This document shows positions 21,046 to 29,407 of a stretch of DNA of 64,000 nucleotides, one piece after another. This DNA is from Prolixibacteraceae bacterium. Lineage in GTDB: Bacteria > Bacteroidota > Bacteroidia > Bacteroidales > Prolixibacteraceae. Both the position numbers and the translations under genes were made by a program. Under the pieces are notes generated by a model. It did no database searches, was not told where the DNA came from, and saw only the letters and a program-made list of their open reading frames with translations. The stretch is taken from assembly GCA_003537645.1 (NCBI GenBank), contig DPRM01000087.1, forward strand, positions 36,592-100,591, given 5' to 3'. Every line of letters begins with the position of its first letter. Within the stretch, counting starts at the first letter, position 1.

Positions 21046-21588
21046 ATGAATGACCAAATAGATTCGATTATCATTCCAGAAGAGGTACTAATAAATAAGA
21101 TATACCTGATTAGGAATCAGAAGGTGATGCTCGATAGCGATTTGGCAGAGCTTTTTGATGTAAAAGCTATTCGCCTGCGTGAACAGGTGAAACGAAATAT
21201 AGAAAAATTCCCAGGGCATTTTATGTTTCGCTTAACAAATGAGGAAGTCGAAATCATGGTATCGCAAAATGCGATACCTTCCAAACAACATCTTGGAGGT
21301 TCTATGCCTTATGTCTTTACTGAACATGGAGTGCTACAATTGGCAAATGTTTTAAAAAGCGGAACGGCAGTGCAGGTTAGTATTAAAATAATTGAAGTTT
21401 TTGTAAAAATGAGGGAAATGCTGGCCGACAATTTAAGCGTTCGACTTGAAATTGAGGAAATTAAAAAGAAACTGGCCCATCAGGATAAAAACATTGAACT
21501 GGTATTTAATTATCTTGATGAGCTGATTGAAAAGCAGGAAACCCCAAAGTCGCGCAGAGAAATTGGGTTTAAGAGAAATCTCGAATAA
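21046..21588 (+). CDS. ORF6N domain DNA-binding protein
   Basis: IRNQKVMLDSDLAELF, VKRNIEKFP..FMFRLT, PYVFTEHGV, C-terminal IGF. Confidence 0.9.
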   Translation: MNDQIDSIIIPEEVLINKIYLIRNQKVMLDSDLAELFDVKAIRLREQVKRNIEKFPGHFMFRLTNEEVEIMVSQNAIPSKQHLGGSMPYVFTEHGVLQLANVLKSGTAVQVSIKIIEVFVKMREMLADNLSVRLEIEEIKKKLAHQDKNIELVFNYLDELIEKQETPKSRREIGFKRNLE

Positions 21589-21596
21589 ATACAATC

Positions 21597-22316
21597 ATGC
21601 CACGCAACCCCTATTTCCAATTCAAACAATTTCGCATTGTTCAGGAACGGTCGGCCATGAAAGTGGGTATGGACGGCGTGTTGCTTGGAGCTTGGACTGA
21701 TCCTTCAGGCGCTGAACGAATTCTGGATATTGGTACCGGCACCGGATTGATTGTGCTGATGATGGCCCAGAAAAATGCTTCGGCGCAAATTGATGCTATT
21801 GAAGTTGATCCGGAAGCGCTTCAGGAAGCCACCGTAAATATTCAGCAATCAGCTTGGAGTGATAGGATTAACGCAAAACTTTGTTCTTTTCAGGATTTTG
21901 CAGCACAAACCGACCAAAACTATGATCTGATTGTAAGCAATCCGCCATTTTTCACCAATGGAGTTAAGGCTCCAATCGAAACCCGGGCACAGGCTCGCCA
22001 CGCCGAGACTTTGCCGCTCGATGTTTTGATTTCAGGAGCCGCAAATATGCTTTCTGAAAATGGCAGAATAGCTTTGGTTTTGCCAATCGAAAGTCTTCAG
22101 GAGATTGAGAATCTGGCTCAATCAAATAGCCTTTTCATTTCACGATTGTGTCGGGTAAAACCCAATCCACAGAAACCGGTTTTTCGGATACTGATAGAAT
22201 TAACCAATTCGGAATGTATTTTTCAGGAAGGAAACCTGATAATTGAATTTGAAAAACACCACGATTACACTCTGGAATACAAGGAATTGACCAAAGATTT
22301 TTACCTGAAATTCTGA
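21597..22316 (+). CDS. trmN6: tRNA1(Val) adenine-37 N6-methyltransferase (YfiC/TrmN6)
   Basis: FQFKQF, MKVGMDGVLLGAW, LDIGTGTG, VSNPPFF, ARH, LTKDFYL. Confidence 0.92.
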   Translation: MPRNPYFQFKQFRIVQERSAMKVGMDGVLLGAWTDPSGAERILDIGTGTGLIVLMMAQKNASAQIDAIEVDPEALQEATVNIQQSAWSDRINAKLCSFQDFAAQTDQNYDLIVSNPPFFTNGVKAPIETRAQARHAETLPLDVLISGAANMLSENGRIALVLPIESLQEIENLAQSNSLFISRLCRVKPNPQKPVFRILIELTNSECIFQEGNLIIEFEKHHDYTLEYKELTKDFYLKF

Positions 22317-22333
22317 AAAGAGAAATCACGAAA

Positions 22334-22369
22334 AATGGCAAGCCGTGCGAAATTTGCTGACTTGCCATT
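22334..22369. terminator. Imperfect hairpin between convergent trmN6 and flavodoxin genes
   Basis: AATGGCAAG...CTTGCCATT arms. Confidence 0.4.
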
Positions 22370-22392
22370 GCTCTGATTTTCTTTTACTGAAA

Positions 22393-22896
22393 TCACACCA
22401 GAAACATAAACGGGCTATACGTTTTTTCCATCCGGGTGGCAAACCGATCGATGGAGTTGTGATCGATTTTTGAAACACTTTCCCGAACTTTTGCAATTTT
22501 TTTTACGAGCATTTTCTCCACAAAATTCATTTTATCGAAGTTAAATTCTCCACCAAAAATGGCTTCTGTTTTTGCCATTTGGTGCAGCTCTTCAGGAAAA
22601 GCATTTTTGATCTGTTCGCGGGCAACTTCGGGCTCGTACATGCAGCAAATAAAAAGGCCTATTTCCTTGTACGACAATGCTTCCATGTTGGCGGTACAAA
22701 AATCCCTGACTTTTTTCTGAATTTGTCCGGCATGAATTGAGCCGCCAATAATTACCCTGTCGGCATTATCAAAAGTAGGAGTTGGGTTTTGTTGTAGATT
22801 GTAGATGATTACTTCCCCTGATAGTTTTTGAGAAAGTTCCAGCACTGCTTTTTCGGTGCACCCGTGCGAGGTCGCGTAAATAATTGTTGTTTTCAT
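22393..22896 (-). CDS. Flavodoxin-domain protein (HemG-like)
   Basis: IIYATSHGCT FMN phosphate loop, IIGGSIHAG, FGG. TAAATTTG -7 box at 22932-22939 (minus strand). Confidence 0.85.
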   Translation of the reverse strand: MKTTIIYATSHGCTEKAVLELSQKLSGEVIIYNLQQNPTPTFDNADRVIIGGSIHAGQIQKKVRDFCTANMEALSYKEIGLFICCMYEPEVAREQIKNAFPEELHQMAKTEAIFGGEFNFDKMNFVEKMLVKKIAKVRESVSKIDHNSIDRFATRMEKTYSPFMFLV

Positions 22897-23118
22897 GAGT
22901 TGCTAGTTTGTTTTTCTGTTTTGTTTTCATCCAAATTTACGGAAACGCGATCAATCAATCATTTAGTTTTGTCATAATTTTCAAGATTTTTTGTTAAAAA
23001 AACAGAACAAAAGGGTTGCTGATGAGTTAAATGCAATGTTATCTTTTATGCGTAAATAAAAGACATGCTTGTCTGAAATGAAAATAAATGATATTTTTGC
23101 ACTCCAAATTGTAAACCC

Positions 23119-23799
23119 ATGATGCATTTAATTAAGCACGAAATAAAAATTGACGAAAGTTTCTACAAAATTGAAGAAATCAGGCAATTGACTAACGAAA
23201 CATTTTCGCTGAAATTGCCCCGAGCCCGCTTTGCTTTTAAGGCAGGTCAGCACATTTCACTGGGTATTCACGGCGATTACCAAAGCCGTGAGTATTCTAT
23301 TTACAGTGGCGAAAACGACGAAAATCTCGAAGTTCTGGTAAAAGAAGTTGACAATGGCTATTTTACGCCCAAACTCCGGAAGCTAAAAACTGGCGATTTG
23401 GTTGAGATTCACGGGCCTTTCGGGAAATTTGGTATGGAACCCAAAGATGCCGAAACCGGGAAATTTGTGTTTATCGCCAGTGGTACCGGCATAGCGCCAT
23501 TCCGCAGCATGGTGCGAACTTATCCTGAAATTGATTACACACTGATTCACGGCGTACGGTATTCGACTGAAGCCTACGATCGGCATGAATACGCCAGCGA
23601 TAGATACATTTTGTGTTCGAGCCGCGATCAGAAAGGAACCTATACTGGCAGATTAACTGGTTATCTGAAAGACTGCACTTTCTCACCTGAAACCCACTTT
23701 TACTTGTGCGGCAACAGCGACATGATTTTTGACGCCCTTGAAATCCTGAAAGACAAAGGTTTCGAGCGCGACCAGATCCACTGCGAAGTATATTTTTAG
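23119..23799 (+). CDS. Ferredoxin/flavodoxin-NADP(+) reductase-like FAD/NAD oxidoreductase
   Basis: REYSI, GPFG, ASGTGIAPF, HGVRY, YLCGN, C-terminal EVYF. TATTTTTG -7 box at 23092-23099. Confidence 0.85.
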   Translation: MMHLIKHEIKIDESFYKIEEIRQLTNETFSLKLPRARFAFKAGQHISLGIHGDYQSREYSIYSGENDENLEVLVKEVDNGYFTPKLRKLKTGDLVEIHGPFGKFGMEPKDAETGKFVFIASGTGIAPFRSMVRTYPEIDYTLIHGVRYSTEAYDRHEYASDRYILCSSRDQKGTYTGRLTGYLKDCTFSPETHFYLCGNSDMIFDALEILKDKGFERDQIHCEVYF

Positions 23800-23808
23800 A
23801 TAAAGAAT

Positions 23809-23905
23809 AACCACATAGACACATAGAACACATAGGTTTTTATTGAATGCGATTTTAATCGGGTTTTAAAAACTCTACTATTGTGACCTATGTGCCTATG
23901 TGGTT
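23809..23905. repeat. REP-like inverted repeat built from ACATAG units
   Basis: AACCACATAGACACATAG ... CTATGTGCCTATGTGGTT. Confidence 0.75.
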
Positions 23906-23920
23906 TTATAAAATCGATAC

Positions 23921-25273
23921 ATGAAATACCACCTGATTACATTGGGTTGCCAGATGAATCTTTCCGACAGCGAACGGGTAAGTTCGGTCCTCGAAAGCAT
24001 GGGCTACGAGCGGACAGAAAACGAGGAAGAAGCAAGTTTGCTTGGGATGTTGGCCTGTTCGGTGCGGCAAAAGCCCATTGATAAGGTTTACAACAAAATT
24101 GCCCAATGGAATCGCTGGAAGAACAAGCGCAATCTTGTCACTTTTGTTTCAGGATGTTTGTTGCCTGCTGATAAGGAGAAATTCCTGAAATCTTTCGACC
24201 TGATTTTCCAGATGAGCGAACTGGCTCAATTGCCAGAAATGATTCGCGAATACGGAGTGGTAACACCAGCCGGCTTGAGAACTCCGCAACCTACGATGCC
24301 AAAAAACGAGCACATTGCCGAGATGTGGCACATCAAACCGAAATACCAGTCAACTTACGAAGCCTTTGTGCCGATTCAGAATGGTTGCGATAAATTCTGT
24401 ACGTTCTGCGCTGTTCCTTATACACGTGGGCGCGAGGTTTCGCGCCCTTCCGTAGAAATTATTGATGAGGTTCGCCATTTAGTCAATCAAGGCTACAAAT
24501 CGATCACCCTTTTAGGGCAAAATGTAAATTCGTACGGACTCGACAAAAACGGCGAAGAAATTAATTTTGCTGAACTGCTCCGGCAAATTGGTGAATACGG
24601 CAAAATTTCAGGCGAAGAATTCTGGGTGTATTTTACTTCGCCGCATCCGCAGGACATGAACCGCGAAGTGATTGAGGTGATTGCCGCTTATGATTGTCTG
24701 GCCAAGCAAATTCATTTGCCTATGCAAAGTGGCGACGAGCGCGTACTGATTAAAATGAACCGCCGCCATTCGATGGACAAATACCGCCGCATTGTGGGCG
24801 ATATTCGCGAACTGATTCCGCAGGCAACTTTGTTTACCGACATCATTGTTGGTTTTTCGAGCGAAGGAGAAGCCGAATTTCAGAACACCGTGGCCGCAAT
24901 GAATGAATTTAAATTTAACATGGCATACATTGCCATGTATTCGCCGCGACCAGGAGCTGCAAGTTACCGATGGGAAAACGAAGTTTCTTCGGACGACAAA
25001 AAAGATCGGCTTCACCGGCTATCCGAAATTTTGAAAGGACATTCAAGAGACTACAATGAAACGCTGGTTGGTAAAACCGTTCGTGTTCTGATTAATGGAA
25101 CCGACCGAAAGACTGGCTTCTCAACCGGACTCACTGAAGGAAAATTAATTGTTAGACTTGATCGTCAGGATAATTCGCTGATGGGAAAAATTGTTGATGT
25201 GAAAATCACTTCGGCTGCCGATTTTTCGATGAGTGGGGAGCTTCAGGAAGTGTTCAGTCTCAGTAATCAGTAA
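23921..25273 (+). CDS. miaB: tRNA methylthiotransferase, MiaB-type (radical SAM, UPF0004 + TRAM)
   Basis: GCQMN, CSVR, GC, GCDKFCTFCAVPYTRGRE, LLGQNVNSYG, HLPMQSG, YSPRPG. Confidence 0.85.
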   Translation: MKYHLITLGCQMNLSDSERVSSVLESMGYERTENEEEASLLGMLACSVRQKPIDKVYNKIAQWNRWKNKRNLVTFVSGCLLPADKEKFLKSFDLIFQMSELAQLPEMIREYGVVTPAGLRTPQPTMPKNEHIAEMWHIKPKYQSTYEAFVPIQNGCDKFCTFCAVPYTRGREVSRPSVEIIDEVRHLVNQGYKSITLLGQNVNSYGLDKNGEEINFAELLRQIGEYGKISGEEFWVYFTSPHPQDMNREVIEVIAAYDCLAKQIHLPMQSGDERVLIKMNRRHSMDKYRRIVGDIRELIPQATLFTDIIVGFSSEGEAEFQNTVAAMNEFKFNMAYIAMYSPRPGAASYRWENEVSSDDKKDRLHRLSEILKGHSRDYNETLVGKTVRVLINGTDRKTGFSTGLTEGKLIVRLDRQDNSLMGKIVDVKITSAADFSMSGELQEVFSLSNQ

Positions 25274-25295
25274 GGTATTGGGACAGTATCCTTTG

Positions 25296-25315
25296 CCGTC
25301 ACATTTATGCGACGG
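25296..25315. repeat. Short intergenic hairpin (REP-like)
   Basis: CCGTCACA-TTTA-TGCGACGG, one mismatch. Confidence 0.4.
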
Positions 25316-25405
25316 ACATGAAATAACAAAAAACAAGACGCATCTACCAATTAAATTTAAAACGGAAATACTGTATGCGCCACAATGTAAATCCAGAAAA
25401 AAGCA

Positions 25406-26710
25406 GTGAATTCAAACAATACTAAAAAAATCGCCTTTAAAACCCTTGGTTGCAGGCTCAACCAATACGAAACCGATGCTTTGGTTACCGATTTCGACAA
25501 GGCCGGGTACCAACTTGTCGGTGTTGACGAATCGCCTGATGTGGTGGTGGTCAATACCTGCACCGTAACCAATCAAAGTGACCAGAAATCGCGGACGACT
25601 ATTAGTCAGGCTGCGCGCGCAAACAACAATGCCGTTGTGGTCGTGACCGGCTGTATGGCCAATAATTTCAAGGAAAAGCTCGAAAGTCAGGACAACATTA
25701 CTTTTGTGGTGGAGAACAATCGCAAAAGCTCGATTCTTTCATTGGTCGATGCACATTTTTCAGGAGAGATACTTCATCCGGAACAATTGCCGCAGGATGT
25801 ATTTCGGTACGAACCTGTTCGCAAAAGCCTTCATACCCGCAGTGCCGTGAAAATTCAGGATGGATGCGATAATTTCTGTACCTTCTGTATTATTCCAATG
25901 GTTCGAGGGCGGGCAGTTTCGCGTCCGGTTGCCGAAGTTCTGGAAAGTGTGCGTAAAACCATCGAAAACGGGTTTAAAGAAATTGTGATTACCGGTGTGA
26001 ATATTGGCCGGTATGAAGACCGAGAAGCTCGTTTTGAAGATCTACTGGCTCAGGTCTTGGAAGTCCCGGGAGATTTTCGGGTGCGCATTTCGTCGCTTGA
26101 GCCCGATGGTTTTGGCGACCGCTTTGTGCAACTGTTTTCCCATCCCAAACTAATGCCGCATCTGCACCTGTGTCTGCAAAGCGGTTCCGAAAAAACACTG
26201 CTCCGGATGCGGCGTATGTACGATGTGGAGCAATTCCGAAAAACAATCAATCAATTTCGGTCAGTTTATCCTGAATTTAATTTTACAACCGACATCATTG
26301 TTGGATTCCCCGGTGAAACCGACGAAGAATTTCAGCAAACTTTAGATGCTGTTAGCGAATTTAATTTCAGCCATGTGCATACTTTCAAGTATTCTGTGCG
26401 GAAAGGAACACGGGCCGAACGAATGGAAAATCATATTCCGGAGAAAATAAAAACTGCACGATCAGCTCAAATCAGGGAACTTTCCGAAGAAAATAAACTT
26501 CGGTACTACCAAAGTCTGATAGGAAAAACCCAGAAGGTTTTGGTTGAAAAAGCCACCAGAACAAAAGCGTCAGGATATGGCGATTTATTTGTTCCGGTCG
26601 AATTTCAAGCCAAAGATATTCAGAAGAATACGATCCACACAGTGAAATTAACAGGCCTGTCGGGCGAAGGTGAAAAGTTGGTTTTAGTGGGGGAATTGGT
26701 TCCAAACTAA
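25406..26710 (+). CDS. mtaB: tRNA t6A37 methylthiotransferase, MtaB-type
   Basis: TLGCRLNQYE, NTCTVT, TGC, KIQDGCDNFCTFCIIP..RG, SSLEP, HLCLQSG, FKYSVRKGT. GTG start. Confidence 0.88.
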   Translation: MNSNNTKKIAFKTLGCRLNQYETDALVTDFDKAGYQLVGVDESPDVVVVNTCTVTNQSDQKSRTTISQAARANNNAVVVVTGCMANNFKEKLESQDNITFVVENNRKSSILSLVDAHFSGEILHPEQLPQDVFRYEPVRKSLHTRSAVKIQDGCDNFCTFCIIPMVRGRAVSRPVAEVLESVRKTIENGFKEIVITGVNIGRYEDREARFEDLLAQVLEVPGDFRVRISSLEPDGFGDRFVQLFSHPKLMPHLHLCLQSGSEKTLLRMRRMYDVEQFRKTINQFRSVYPEFNFTTDIIVGFPGETDEEFQQTLDAVSEFNFSHVHTFKYSVRKGTRAERMENHIPEKIKTARSAQIRELSEENKLRYYQSLIGKTQKVLVEKATRTKASGYGDLFVPVEFQAKDIQKNTIHTVKLTGLSGEGEKLVLVGELVPN

Positions 26711-26892
26711 ACCTGTATTGTTGGATTGGTTCGACAATTTGTTTGATTAATAAATGACTGATTGAAAAAAAGTAAGGTTGAATTTCCTATTTGCACTACG
26801 AAACCACCTTCAATTCTATTAAATTTTCATGCCCGGTGAACTAAATGAATCAGTTCTTTGTCTAAGTGATTTAAACTTTTCTGTTTAATCAG

Positions 26893-28461
26893 ATGTCGGT
26901 AAAAATTAAACAAAACGAAGCGCGAATCAAATCTCCCGAATTTCAGGAGAATTTCAGGAATTATAGCGAGGTGTTAAAAACTTTCCGTGAGAAACTGGCG
27001 GAAGTAAGTTCGCACGGGCCTGAAAGTGCGGTTGAAAAGCATCGCTCACGAGGAAAACTGCTTGCCCGCGAACGCATTAATTTATTGGTCGATCAAAATA
27101 CGCCATTCCTCGAGCTTTCATCTTTTGCAGCATACAATCAATACGAAAATGCTTTTCCTTCTGCCGGAATTATTACCGGAATCGGCTTCGTTCAGGGGCG
27201 CGAATGCCTGATTATTGCCAACGATGCCACCGTTAAAGGCGGAACTTACATCCGCGAAACCATTAAAAAACACGTTCGGGCGCAGGAAATTGCACGTCAA
27301 AATAAGCTGATCTGTATCTATTTAGTCGATTCTGGTGGTATTTATCTTCCAGAACAGGCAAACGTATTTCCCGACCGTTTCGATTTTGGCCGGGTATTTT
27401 ACAATCAGGCCAGAATGTCGGCTGAAGGAATTCCGCAGATTTCGGTGGTGATGGGCTCGTGTACAGCCGGCGGCGCTTATGTTCCGGCTATGAGCGATGA
27501 AACCATCATGGTACGCAACCAGGGAACCATTTTTATTGGCGGTCCGCCACTTGTATTGGCTGCCACCGGCGAAGAGGTAACTCCCGAGGAATTGGGTGGT
27601 GCCGAGGTACATACTTCAGTTTCGGGAGTGGCCGATCATATTGCTGAAGACGATGTTCACGCTTTGCAAATCTGCCGCGACATTATTTCAGGCTTACCCA
27701 TCACCCCGAAACAAAAAATCGATATTCATCCATCAAAAGAACCGCTTTTCCCATCGGATGAATTGTATGGATTGTTGCCTACCGATCTGAAAAAACCGAT
27801 CAATGCCCATGCGATAATCGATCGGTTGGTTGATGGAAGCGAGTTTCAGGAATTCAAGGCCAATTACGGAAAAACACTGGTGACAGGTTTCGCCCAAATC
27901 TGGGGATTTCCCATTGGCATCATCGCTAACAACAGTTTTTTAACTTCGGAAAGCTCGCTGAAGGGCGCCCATTTTATTCAACTGTGTGTGCAGCGGAAAA
28001 TTCCTTTGCTTTTTTTACAGAATATTACCGGCTTTATTGTAGGTAAGAAATACGAACACGGTGGCATTGCACGCGACGGAGCAAAACTGATCAATGCAGC
28101 TGCCAATGCAGCAGTTCCAAAGTTTACGGTGGTGATTGGTGGCTCTTTTGGCGCCGGAAATTATGCTATGGCAGGTCGTTCATTCGATCCTCATTTTCTA
28201 TTCATGTGGCCTCATTCGCGTATTTCGGTGATGGGTGGCGAACAGGCTTCAGGAGTTTTGAAAAGCATTGGCAGCAATGGATCGGGTGATAAATTACTTG
28301 AACAGTTTAATGAAGAAAGTGCGGCATATTACAGCTCGTCGCGTTTGTGGGACGATGGCATCATCGATCCGGCAGAAACCCGAAAAATTTTGGCTATAGC
28401 TATATCTGTTTCGCTAAACCGACCGTTTGGAGAACCGGGTTATGGAATTTTCAGGATGTAG
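26893..28461 (+). CDS. liuB: 3-methylcrotonyl-CoA carboxylase beta (carboxyltransferase) subunit
   Basis: ANDATVKGGTY, LVDSGG.YLP.Q..VFPDR..FGR.FYNQA, GSCTAGGAY, GGSFGAGNYAM.GR, RLWDDGIIDP, C-terminal GIFRM. Confidence 0.88.
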   Translation: MSVKIKQNEARIKSPEFQENFRNYSEVLKTFREKLAEVSSHGPESAVEKHRSRGKLLARERINLLVDQNTPFLELSSFAAYNQYENAFPSAGIITGIGFVQGRECLIIANDATVKGGTYIRETIKKHVRAQEIARQNKLICIYLVDSGGIYLPEQANVFPDRFDFGRVFYNQARMSAEGIPQISVVMGSCTAGGAYVPAMSDETIMVRNQGTIFIGGPPLVLAATGEEVTPEELGGAEVHTSVSGVADHIAEDDVHALQICRDIISGLPITPKQKIDIHPSKEPLFPSDELYGLLPTDLKKPINAHAIIDRLVDGSEFQEFKANYGKTLVTGFAQIWGFPIGIIANNSFLTSESSLKGAHFIQLCVQRKIPLLFLQNITGFIVGKKYEHGGIARDGAKLINAAANAAVPKFTVVIGGSFGAGNYAMAGRSFDPHFLFMWPHSRISVMGGEQASGVLKSIGSNGSGDKLLEQFNEESAAYYSSSRLWDDGIIDPAETRKILAIAISVSLNRPFGEPGYGIFRM

Positions 28462-28466
28462 GAAGG

Positions 28467-28606
28467 AAGCCCCTCCCAAACCCTCCCCGAAAGGGAGGGC
28501 TTAAAGAAGCGCTTTGAATAATATTATAGAAAACTAAAGATGAAATTTTCAAGACATATGAACAATGGTTCTTTTCTCCCCTCTCCCGGAGAGGTTGGGG
28601 GAGGCT
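28467..28606. repeat. Inverted pair of CCCTCCCC/GGGGAGGG REP-like elements; the second lies inside the 5' end of liuC
   Basis: AAGCCCCTCCCAAACCCTCCCCGAAAGGGAGGGCTT (28467-28502) and CTCCCCTCTCCCGGAGAGGTTGGGGGAGGCT (28576-28606). Confidence 0.75.
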
Positions 28607-29382
28607 CTTATATTGAAATTAAATTGGAAGGGCCGGTTGTTCGGATTAATCTGAATCGACCAGAGCGACACAATGCTCTTATTCTGGAGTTGATTGAAGA
28701 ATTAAGCCTGGCCCTGGACGAGGTGGCAACACGGGATGACATCAATTTTGTGGTACTTTCCGGAAATGGCCGCTCCTTTTGTGCCGGTGCCGATCTGAAT
28801 TGGTTTTATAGCTCGGAACAACTGTCGCTCGAGCAAAATACGGAGCGCTACGAGCATCTGGCCAATCTTTTACTGAAGATGTATCAATTGCCGCAAATGA
28901 CTATTGCAGCGGTTCGTGGCAATGTGTTTGGGGGCGGTATCGGACTGATGGCTGCTTGCGACTTTGTTTTGGCTGAAGAAAATACCCGCTTCATGTTCAG
29001 TGAAGTGAAGCTCGGACTTTTACCGGCAACGATTTTGCCATTTGTAGCGAAACGCTTATCAGTACAAAATCTTCGAAAATGGATTTTAACCGGAGCATTA
29101 TTTTCTGCTTCTGAAGCTCATGAGGCTGGATTGATTGATGTTTTGTGCCAAACCGGCGAAATAGATACCTGCCTGACTGGATTTCTGGCATCGTTTGATC
29201 AAGCATCGCCATCAGCAGTAAAAAAGGCCAAACAATTGATTAACAGGGTTGCTTCAGGAGAAATTGGCATAGCTGACTCGAATGCAACGGCAAAGATATT
29301 AGCTGAAACACTTCTTGCTCCGGATGGTCAGGAAGGAATTCATGCGTTTTTAGAGAAACGAAAACCAGAATGGACGAAGTAG
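28540..29382 (+). CDS. liuC: Methylglutaconyl-CoA hydratase (crotonase family)
   Basis: LNRPERHNA, FCAGADL, GGGIGLMAACD, FSEVKLGLLPATI, EGIHAFLEKRKPEW. Sits between the MCC beta and alpha genes. Confidence 0.8.
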   Translation: MKFSRHMNNGSFLPSPGEVGGGSYIEIKLEGPVVRINLNRPERHNALILELIEELSLALDEVATRDDINFVVLSGNGRSFCAGADLNWFYSSEQLSLEQNTERYEHLANLLLKMYQLPQMTIAAVRGNVFGGGIGLMAACDFVLAEENTRFMFSEVKLGLLPATILPFVAKRLSVQNLRKWILTGALFSASEAHEAGLIDVLCQTGEIDTCLTGFLASFDQASPSAVKKAKQLINRVASGEIGIADSNATAKILAETLLAPDGQEGIHAFLEKRKPEWTK

Positions 29383-29407
29383 CCGGTCGCAATAATAAGT
29401 TTTCAGG

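Noticed and set aside
19068-21588. Prophage or IS element
   Set aside because: No integrase, transposase, terminal repeats or structural genes.
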